From the NCBI GenBank assembly GCA_965242695.1, contig CBDESU010000002.1, positions 992,001 to 1,056,000 of the forward strand: a DNA stretch of 64,000 bases, in the 5' to 3' direction. The number at the start of each line of letters is the position of its first letter. Position 1 is the stretch's first letter. The translations under genes and the position numbers were made by a program. Of this stretch, positions 56,713-64,000 are shown piece after piece. Under the pieces are notes generated by a model, which was not told the DNA's origin, did not search any database, and was given only the letters and a program-made list of their open reading frames with translations. This DNA is from Cenarchaeum sp. GTDB lineage: Archaea; Thermoproteota; Nitrososphaeria; Nitrososphaerales; Nitrosopumilaceae.

Positions 56713-57597
56713 CTACCGGGCCCCGGCGCCTTTGCCGCCCCGCCGCGCGGCCCCTCCGCCCCTTGCGGGCCTCACGTGGACCTTTCTCCAGCGCACGTCG
56801 AGCCTGTCCTCGAGGTGAAGCGTGACGGCCCTTACCAGGGTCCTGGCCTCTAGGCCCTGCCCCCGGCGCTTGACCTCTTCGAGCGCATCGTCTGGGTCGA
56901 CGGCGAAAGAGTCCTGCAGGATGATCGGGCCCTGGTCCAGGTTTTCAGTGACGTAGTGGGACGTGACGCCGGCGATCTTTGTTCCCCGCTCGTACGCCTG
57001 CGCGTACGCCATGGCGCCGGGGAACGCCGGCAGAAGGGACGGGTGTATGTTGATGATGCGGTTCGGATACCTCCAGACAAAGTTGGGGTTTAGTATGCGC
57101 ATGTAGCGGGCCAGGACGATCAGGTCGACGTCGTGCTCGCGGCACACCCCGATGAGCCTCTCCTCTGCCCTTGCCTGGTCGCGCTCCTCTACGGCGACGA
57201 ACGGCACGCCTGCCCTCTTGGCCATGGGCTCGAGCGCGCGCTCGGTGCCGACTATGACCGAGATGTCGCCGGCGATGCGGCCCCTTGCGGCCAGGAGTGC
57301 GCGCAGGCAGTGCGGCTCTTTTGTGACGAACACGGCGACGCTCTTGCGCCTCGCGCCGCCGACGTGGACGCTCACGTCCATGCCGTACCGCCTGCCGACC
57401 CTGCGCAGCGCAGGCTCTAGCCCGTCGATGCCGCCCCTGAACGTGGCCTCTACGTACATGCCGAACACGCCCTTTACGACGTTCTGGCTGAGCGACTCTA
57501 TGTTGCCGCCGTGCCTGAACACAAAGCCCGTGAATGCGGCCACGACGCCCTCCCTGTCGGGGCCGACGGCGGCGATGCCGACCGGGGTCCTTGCCAT
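56713..57597 (-). CDS. purU: Formyltetrahydrofolate deformylase
   Basis: ACT domain (GPDREGVVA), KEPHCL, LARYMRIL, INIHPSLLPAFPG and LDQGPII motifs. Confidence 0.94.
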   Translation of the reverse strand: MARTPVGIAAVGPDREGVVAAFTGFVFRHGGNIESLSQNVVKGVFGMYVEATFRGGIDGLEPALRRVGRRYGMDVSVHVGGARRKSVAVFVTKEPHCLRALLAARGRIAGDISVIVGTERALEPMAKRAGVPFVAVEERDQARAEERLIGVCREHDVDLIVLARYMRILNPNFVWRYPNRIINIHPSLLPAFPGAMAYAQAYERGTKIAGVTSHYVTENLDQGPIILQDSFAVDPDDALEEVKRRGQGLEARTLVRAVTLHLEDRLDVRWRKVHVRPARGGGAARRGGKGAGAR

Positions 57598-57721
57598 GCG
57601 CGCGCGCGGCCCGGCTTTCTTATTAACCGTCGTGGGCCGCCGCGGCGCGCGGCTCCGGCCGGGCGGGATGCTGCCTTGGCCCCGCTGCGCCGCACCGGCG
57701 CGGCGGGCTGGCCGGTGTAGG

Positions 57722-57955
57722 TCATGGTGGACGGTACAAAAACGGCACTTCTTCGGGGCCCGCGTACATGTATCGCATGTACGGATTCCCCTTGCCCGCC
57801 TTGCACCCCTCTTCGTGGACCCGACCGGGGCCTTTTCCATGTGCGACGATCTCCCCGCTGGCAACGGCTATCCACTGGCCGGCGTACCGCTCGACGTCCT
57901 CGCTGGTCATCGAGTTGAAGAACTTCCTGCAATCCCTTGGGCTGTTGCCTGTCAT
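57722..57955 (-). CDS. DUF5678-like small protein (copy 3)
   Basis: YAGQWIAVASGEIVAHG motif; 77 aa; near-identical to the other two copies. Confidence 0.8.
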   Translation of the reverse strand: MTGNSPRDCRKFFNSMTSEDVERYAGQWIAVASGEIVAHGKGPGRVHEEGCKAGKGNPYMRYMYAGPEEVPFLYRPP

Positions 57956-58092
57956 TGAACTGCGGCGCCAGGTTGCCCATTAAAGCATTTGGGCATCGAG
58001 ACGGCCCGCCGGCGCCGGCTGGTGCCTGGGGACCGCCATGGCATTTGGGCATCCTGCGTATGTGGAATACGCAGGCCCGCGCAGTCGGCGTG

Positions 58093-58617
58093 TCACGCCT
58101 GCGAGCCGATCTGCGGCCATCCGCCGATTTTTCGGAGCCATACAGCCTTTTGGGACTCGCTGATGCACATGTCGAACTTGTTGAAAAGGCCACGCCGCCC
58201 AAGCAGAAACGGGAGGCCGAATTTGGGATCGCGGGACCATTCCGTGCCGGGCGTAAGCGCATCTATGACGCCAACATCAAGCCAGCCTTCGTCGTGCTCT
58301 ATTTCCCCTCCGAATTTTGCTTCATACGCATAGAACTTGCCGGATGGTCCCAACACGGCCTGTCTTGTCCCTTCGTCGACTGCGGCGCCCAACCCGTCGC
58401 GCGACCACATGGGCACGGTGGACGCACTGGCGCCCGTGTCCAGCATCGCGACGGCCTGGACGATGCGGCCGCCTGCGTCTGCCGGGTCGACGCCAGCCGG
58501 GCGCATGCGGATAAGGAGGGCTGGCACGGGAACAAGGGACGGCCCTGTCTCTCCCGGCACCTCTACATTTGCGTAGTTGAAGCGCTTCAGCTCGGCCGGG
58601 GGCGCATTGTAGGTCAT
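58093..58617 (-). CDS. Retropepsin-like aspartic protease
   Basis: AMLDTGAS and FLLGR motifs; ATGA overlap with DUF5678 copy 2. Confidence 0.8.
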   Translation of the reverse strand: MTYNAPPAELKRFNYANVEVPGETGPSLVPVPALLIRMRPAGVDPADAGGRIVQAVAMLDTGASASTVPMWSRDGLGAAVDEGTRQAVLGPSGKFYAYEAKFGGEIEHDEGWLDVGVIDALTPGTEWSRDPKFGLPFLLGRRGLFNKFDMCISESQKAVWLRKIGGWPQIGSQA

Positions 58618-58847
58618 GGCGGGCGGTAGAAGAACGGCACCTCTTCGGGGCCCGCATACATGTATCGCATGTACGGATGCCCCTTGCCCGCCCTGCGCCC
58701 TTCGTCAAGGACCTGCCCGGGATCTTCCCCGTGGGCGACGATCTCCCCGCTGGCGACGGCTATCCACTGGCCGGCGTACCGCTCGACGTCCTCGCTGGTC
58801 ATCGAGTTGAAGAACTTCCAGCAATCCTTTGGGGTGTTGCCTACCAT
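58614..58847 (-). CDS. DUF5678-like small protein (copy 2)
   Basis: YAGQWIAVASGEIVAHGEDP motif. Confidence 0.8.
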   Translation of the reverse strand: MVGNTPKDCWKFFNSMTSEDVERYAGQWIAVASGEIVAHGEDPGQVLDEGRRAGKGHPYMRYMYAGPEEVPFFYRPP

Positions 58848-58971
58848 TGAGCTGCTGCGTCGGGTGGCCTATTAAAGTATTTGAGCGGCGGCGTGGCCCC
58901 CTCGACACCGACTGACAACAGAGGCGCTACGGTTCCGGCGTGCGGCGATCTCGCCTCGCGTACATGGCTGG

Positions 58972-59205
58972 TCATGGCGGGATGTAGTAGAACGGCACCT
59001 CTTCGGGGCCAGCATAGATGTATTCCATGAATGGGTCTCCCTTGTCGGCCTTCCGCCCGTCGTCGTGGACTCGTCTGGGGTCCTTTCCATGCGCGACGAT
59101 CTCCCCGCTGGCAACGGCTATCCACTGGCCGGCGTACCGCTCGACCTCCTCGCTGGTCATCGACTCCAAGAACTCTCTGCACATCCTTGGGCTGTTGTCT
59201 GCCAT
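58972..59205 (-). CDS. DUF5678-like small protein (copy 1)
   Basis: YAGQWIAVASGEIVAHGKDP motif. Confidence 0.8.
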   Translation of the reverse strand: MADNSPRMCREFLESMTSEEVERYAGQWIAVASGEIVAHGKDPRRVHDDGRKADKGDPFMEYIYAGPEEVPFYYIPP

Positions 59206-59531
59206 TGGCGGGGCGGTGCTGGGGCCACATTAAGGCGTTTGGCCATCCAACTTGGCTGCAACCCTGCTTATGAGGCCCTCCTGCCGGTATATATTGCCGC
59301 TAGGCAGTGCCGCCCCATGCGCCGGGGCAACAGCGCTCACATCCGCCGGCATGCAGGCGCTGCCACTGCCACAACTGCCCTCTCGGGGACGGCCATCGTC
59401 ATGAGGCCTGCGCCAATCGTGCGGTCTCCACCCGCCTCCCGTGCGTGCCGCCGTCCGTGCCTTGGGCTTGGCACGCGCATCATCGCGCAGGACGGGGTGC
59501 AGGGCGCATGAGCGGCGGCGCCGCCTTCCCT

Positions 59532-59747
59532 CCGTTAGAATGGGTGGTTGACAAGTTCAAGATCACACTAGACAAAGTTAGTGGCATTAGAAACGACCCG
59601 TGTACTGGCGCCGACATTATCTCAGTTATAGAACGAGCCGTTTATGTAGGCATGGACTCCGAGCGGATCATAAAGACGTTGCCGGCAGAGTTCGAGCCTA
59701 GTGGCGATTGGAAGCCAAAAGGAGGTGGCTTAAGTGAGTTTAGCTAG
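59532..59747 (+). pseudogene. C-terminal fragment of a type ISP restriction-modification enzyme
   Basis: PLEWVVDKF....DK.SGIRNDP....II..IER.V.V......II..LP matches the type ISP C-terminus; AT-rich; no upstream part. Confidence 0.7.
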
Positions 59748-59903
59748 GATCGATCACACGGAGGATGCCATGCCTGAATTACGAATAGGCAACAATCGTG
59801 TTCTCCATAGTACTGTAAAAGTGATTTGTGGTTGCCAAGCGTCATTGATGGCTGTCACCCGACATGTTGATACTAGGCGGCACGAACACACTGTCTACTT
59901 TTA

Positions 59904-59988
59904 TGCGGGAGGCGGGATTCGAACCCACGAACCCCTAAGAGACAGGGTCCTAAGCCCTGCGCCTTTGACCAGGCTTGGCAACTCCCGC
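59904..59988 (-). tRNA. tRNA-Leu(TAG)
   Basis: GCGGGAG/CTCCCGC acceptor stem, CAGGG-CT-TAG-GA-CCCTG anticodon arm, long variable arm, GGTTCGAATCC. Confidence 0.97.
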
Positions 59989-60038
59989 GGCGCGCCGCCC
60001 CTGCCGGCCGATTTATCTGTTGCCCGGGGGCGGCCGCG

Positions 60039-61442
60039 ATGACGGAGAGGCTCTTTGGGACCAACGGCATACGCGGCATCCTCGGCCGCGGCCGCCTCAC
60101 GCTCCAGTTCGTCCACGACATGTCCCTGGCGCTGGCAGGCCACTTCGGCGGCGGGCCCCTCCTGGTCGGCCGCGACGGCCGGGCCTCCAGCGTCCCCATA
60201 TCGCGGGCCGTGCGGGCGGCCCTCTCCATGGCCGGCATCGACTGCACCGATGCGGGGCTGGTCCCTACCCCATGCCTCCAGTACGCGGTCAAGCGGCTCG
60301 GGTACAGGGGGGGCATCATGGTTACGGCCTCGCACAACCCGCCCGAGTACGGCGGGATAAAGCCCGTCGAGTCCGACGGCGTAGAGCCGTCGCGCGGGGC
60401 CGAGCTGGAGATCGAAAGGCGCTACTTTGAGATCGAGGTGGCGCCGCGCGGGCACGGCGCCGCCGTCCCCGCGGCCGCATCGCAAGAATCCCCTACTATC
60501 GGCCGCATCCGCGACGGCGACGGCGGCGAGGCCGTCGACACGTACCTGGACGGCATCGCATCGCTCGTCGATGCGGCCGCGATACGGCGCAGAGCCCCGA
60601 CCGTCGCCATCGACGCGGGCAACGGCGCGCAGGCGAATACGGCGCCCGAGCTGTGCCGGCGCCTCGGCTGCCGCGCGGTCGTCGTCAACGGCGAGATCGA
60701 CGCCGGGTTTCCAGGCCGCGGCCCCGAGCCGACCCCCGAGAACCTCGGCGCGCTGTCCCGGGCCGTGGAACAGTCCGGCGCCGACGTCGGCGTCGCGTTC
60801 GACGGCGACGGCGACAGGAGCCTGTTCTGCGACGAGCGCGGGACGGTGCTGACGGGCGACCGTTCGGCGCTCCTGCTGACCGGGCGGCTGCTCTCTGCCG
60901 CGCCCGGATCGACGGTCGTCACGTGCCTCAACTCGGGGTCTGCCATCGAGTCGGCGGCGGCCGCATCAGGGTCGAGGGTGGTGCGCACAAGGGTCGGCAG
61001 CGTAGAGGTCTCGCGTGCGATGGTCGAGCGGGGCGCGCTCGTCGGGTTCGAGGAGAACGGGGGGTTTATGTACGGCAGGCACAACGCGGTGCGCGACGGG
61101 GCCATGACGCTCGCGCTCGTCCTGGACCTGCTCGTGTCCGGCGCGGCATCGCCCCTGTCCGCGGCCGTTGCCGCCCTGCCGCCGTCGTTCACCGCAAAGG
61201 ACAAGGTGCCCTGCGGCTCTGCCGATGCAATGCGCGTCGCCATGTCGGCCATGGCCTCGGGCCACCCGGGGGCGGACACGACGGACGGCGTAAAGGTCGA
61301 CCTCGGCGAGGGCAGGTGGGTCATGGTCAGGGCCAGCGGGACCGAGCCGATCCTGCGCGTGTACGCCGAGGGCAGCTCGCAGGCCGACCTGGACTCGATC
61401 ATGGCCGAGTACGTCGGCCGCGTGCGCTCCCTGGTCGTGTAG
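60039..61442 (+). CDS. Phosphohexomutase (phosphoglucosamine/phosphomannomutase)
   Basis: LFGTNGIRG, TASHNP, FDGDGDR, GFEENGG and RASGTEP motifs. Confidence 0.93.
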   Translation: MTERLFGTNGIRGILGRGRLTLQFVHDMSLALAGHFGGGPLLVGRDGRASSVPISRAVRAALSMAGIDCTDAGLVPTPCLQYAVKRLGYRGGIMVTASHNPPEYGGIKPVESDGVEPSRGAELEIERRYFEIEVAPRGHGAAVPAAASQESPTIGRIRDGDGGEAVDTYLDGIASLVDAAAIRRRAPTVAIDAGNGAQANTAPELCRRLGCRAVVVNGEIDAGFPGRGPEPTPENLGALSRAVEQSGADVGVAFDGDGDRSLFCDERGTVLTGDRSALLLTGRLLSAAPGSTVVTCLNSGSAIESAAAASGSRVVRTRVGSVEVSRAMVERGALVGFEENGGFMYGRHNAVRDGAMTLALVLDLLVSGAASPLSAAVAALPPSFTAKDKVPCGSADAMRVAMSAMASGHPGADTTDGVKVDLGEGRWVMVRASGTEPILRVYAEGSSQADLDSIMAEYVGRVRSLVV

Positions 61443-61599
61443 CGGCCGATGCCGGCAGCGGGGTTTGAGCCGCTTCCATGCGCCGACAGCCGGCGCCGGC
61501 GCCCTCGTTCTTGCGGCAATGCATGCCCCCCGATGCGGGCCGCGGGGCGCATGCCGCCCTGACCGCACGCGCTTAATACCGCGCAGCGGGCCGCGGCCC

Positions 61600-61992
61600 A
61601 TGGCGGGGCAGCAAGATGCGGCGCGCGGCGCGCCCGGCGCCGCGCAGGGGCGCGACTGGAAGCCGAGCCGGTTCTTTGACGAGTGGAAGGAAAGTGTGGC
61701 CGAGATAAAGGGCGAGCTGGTCATGCAGTACATGCACTTCTGCCGTGGCATGCCGCCGGACATCCGCCTAGAGGCCATCGACCACATCCTGCGTTGCACG
61801 ATGCCGGTCGTCTACGCGCCGGACGGCGACCACGACGGCAAAGAGGTGACCGACGCGATGTACAACGACGGGGATGCGATGCGCGAGTACGCGACGCGCT
61901 TCCTTGACGGGTTCTGGGACGACTACTGGAGGCCGATCCTTGCAAGGTATGCCTCCGGCGCAGGAAGCCCGCCGCAGTCCGAGTGTGCCTGA
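61600..61992 (+). CDS. Hypothetical protein (paralog of 63715-64000)
   Basis: WKPSRFF..WKE, H.CRGMPPDIR.EAIDHI and TDAMYND are shared with the paralog. Confidence 0.75.
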   Translation: MAGQQDAARGAPGAAQGRDWKPSRFFDEWKESVAEIKGELVMQYMHFCRGMPPDIRLEAIDHILRCTMPVVYAPDGDHDGKEVTDAMYNDGDAMREYATRFLDGFWDDYWRPILARYASGAGSPPQSECA

Positions 61993-62170
61993 CCGCGCAC
62001 GCTTCGCCGGGCATGGGGATCACTCGCCGGCCAGACGGGGCATGCCGCCGCGCCGCGGTTGGTCCAGCGGGACGGGGTCGGCCCCGCATGCGCGCCGGCC
62101 GGCCGGCCCGAGCACCGTCCCCCGCGCGGTGATCATCAACCTTATAGGCGGCCGCCTGCCGCGCGGCGCA

Positions 62171-62686
62171 ATGCGGGAGTCGATCGTCTGCCGGGTATGC
62201 GGCCGCGGCTTTGCGCCGTACGGCAGCAGGATCACGTCCTACTGCAAGCGGTGCAGGGCGAGGGCCGACAGGGAGATCAGCAGGGTGCTGCGCGTTCGCT
62301 GCAAGGAGTGCGGCAAGGCGTTCTCTACGCCCAACCGGGCCGTCCGCTACTGCTCGGACGAGTGCAGAAAGGCGGCCCACATGCGCCAGAGCTGCGCCTC
62401 GAGGCGGCGCCGCCCGGCTGAGCGCAATGCGGCGGCCAAGTGCCGCACGTGCGGCAAGAAGTTCACGCCAGTCAGGAAGCCGGGCAAGCCCCTGGTGTAC
62501 TGCTCGGAGGAGTGCCGCGCCGAGGGCAGGCGCCGCCTCGCCCGAGAGGCCATGCGCAGGTACGTCGCCGACCCCCGGAAGCGCGCCATGATGGCTGCGC
62601 GCACGAGGGTGGTGGCCGCCCGCCACAAGGCCCGGAGGAGCGGAGAGGAGAAGCGGCAGCCGGCGGCCGCGCGCACTCGCGCCTAG
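62171..62686 (+). CDS. Basic protein with three CxxC...YCxxxC treble-clef-type Zn fingers
   Basis: CRVCG..F...YCKRC, CKECGK.F...YCSDEC and CRTCGK.F...YCSEEC. Confidence 0.75.
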   Translation: MRESIVCRVCGRGFAPYGSRITSYCKRCRARADREISRVLRVRCKECGKAFSTPNRAVRYCSDECRKAAHMRQSCASRRRRPAERNAAAKCRTCGKKFTPVRKPGKPLVYCSEECRAEGRRRLAREAMRRYVADPRKRAMMAARTRVVAARHKARRSGEEKRQPAAARTRA

Positions 62687-62935
62687 AGCCATCCGGGCCG
62701 AGTCGACTCCCGCCTTGATATGGCGGGGCGCATCGCCCACTCTGGCGCGCGCCGTCCCGGGAACAGAGCACGCGCATGCGGTCCATGGCGCGCCCTGTTG
62801 CCCCCGATCCGCGCCGTTGTTCCTGCCCTGGCTCTTGCGCCCCCGGCATGCGCCGCGGGCCGGCCGGGGGGCGGAACGGCGACACCGCGGCGCGTGCTCG
62901 TCAATCTTATATGCCGTCGCCCGCGGCGCGCGGCG

Positions 62936-63421
62936 ATGGAGAAGCGGTACGTGTGCAGGCTGTGCGGCCGCAACTTTGCTCCGTTCGCCGGCACCCGCCA
63001 GGTCTACTGCAAGCGGTGCAGGGCCAGGGCCGAGAGGGAGGCCAACAGGGTGCTGCGCGTGCGCTGCAGGGAGTGCCGAAAGGCGTTCGCCACGCCGAGC
63101 CGCGCCGTCCGCTACTGCTCGGACGAGTGCCGCAAGGCTGCCCGCTCGCGCCAGCGCAACGCGCCGAGGCGGCGCCGCCCGGCCGAGCGCGACGAGGCGG
63201 CCAAGTGCCGCACGTGCCGCAAGGAGTTTACGCCCGTCAGAAAGCCGGGCAAGCCCCTGGTGTACTGCTCGGAGGAGTGCCGCGCCGAGGGCAGGCGCCG
63301 CCTCTCCCGCGAGGCCATGCGCAGGTACGTTTCCGACCCCGAGAAGCGCGCCCTCACGGCGGCGCGCACGAGGGCGTCGGCCGCCCTCCGCAAGGCCCGC
63401 AGGAAGAGCGGGGGGCGGTAG
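62936..63421 (+). CDS. Tandem paralog of 62171-62686 (triple Zn finger)
   Basis: High DNA and protein similarity, including the upstream TTATA region. Confidence 0.75.
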   Translation: MEKRYVCRLCGRNFAPFAGTRQVYCKRCRARAEREANRVLRVRCRECRKAFATPSRAVRYCSDECRKAARSRQRNAPRRRRPAERDEAAKCRTCRKEFTPVRKPGKPLVYCSEECRAEGRRRLSREAMRRYVSDPEKRALTAARTRASAALRKARRKSGGR

Positions 63422-63714
63422 CGCGCGGCGCGCGGCGCCGGATCCGCCCCTTGGGACTCTTCGGCCCTGGACGCCGCTCTTGCGCCCCGCCATGCCGCGG
63501 TTGTCACGGTGTCATGTCCACGGCATGCGCCAGTGCCAGCCGCAGATCCGTCTGGATTATGGCGCAGCGCATTGGCCGCATGGCGATCTGACAACGGAGC
63601 CGGCTAGCGCTAGGCGTCCGGCACTATAGCGGCAATAGCTGCCCCCGATGTGGTCACAAGGCGCCCATTGCCCCGTCCGCATCCTTTTAACACCCTTGGG
63701 TGGGGTCGCGAGAT

Positions 63715-64000
63715 ATGGTCGGGCGGCAGGAGGCGGCGCATGGGGCGGCATGTGCTGGCGCCGTGCAGAAACCCGGTTGGAAGCCGAGCCGGTTCTTTGA
63801 GCCGTGGAAGGAAAGGGTGGTCAGGACTAACGGCAGGCTGATTGGGAAGTACGCGCACTACTGCAGGGGCATGCCGCCGGACATCCGGAAGGAGGCCATC
63901 GACCACATCATGCGCACCTCGTTGCCGATCGTCTACGTGTCCGACGACGACGAGGAGGCGACCGACGCGATGTACAACGATGAGCCCGCTATACGAGAGT
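63715..64000 (+). CDS. Hypothetical protein, paralog of 61600-61992; 3' truncated by window edge
   Basis: MVGRQEAAHG...WKPSRFFEPWKE...CRGMPPDIRKEAIDHI; open to the window end; TTTTAA at 63685. Confidence 0.75.
   Translation, partial: MVGRQEAAHGAACAGAVQKPGWKPSRFFEPWKERVVRTNGRLIGKYAHYCRGMPPDIRKEAIDHIMRTSLPIVYVSDDDEEATDAMYNDEPAIRE

Noticed and set aside
62171-63421. Paralog pair as a DGR template/variable repeat
   Set aside because: Both copies are full ORFs with their own promoters, the differences do not look adenine-specific, and no RT is present in the window

Overview
This 64 kb window is very GC-rich chromosomal DNA from an ammonia-oxidising archaeon (Thaumarchaeota/Nitrosopumilaceae-like). 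The assignment rests on the adjacent 4-hydroxybutyrate-CoA ligase and 4-hydroxybutyryl-CoA dehydratase genes, rps19e, rpl37e, TFE, NAC, Sm, Trm56 and GTP cyclohydrolase III; the high GC suggests a Cenarchaeum-like or sponge-symbiont lineage (inference). The core backbone includes a riboflavin operon, translation and transcription genes, rpiA, purU, a phosphohexomutase and three tRNAs (Gly-TCC, Ala-CGC, Leu-TAG). Small accessory insertions interrupt it: three orphan DNA methyltransferases, a solitary protein resembling an HK97-fold viral major capsid protein, Panacea/YwgA-like proteins next to a decayed HD gene or a PIN gene, a 97-bp MITE-like palindrome, a four-domain Venus-flytrap binding protein, a cupredoxin with 17 Met/acidic repeats, a triplicated DUF5678/aspartic-protease cassette, a type ISP restriction-modification remnant at tRNA-Leu, and duplicated Zn-finger genes. 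No CRISPR array, rRNA, integrase or intact transposase was seen. All protein calls come from motif recognition by eye; no database searches were run.
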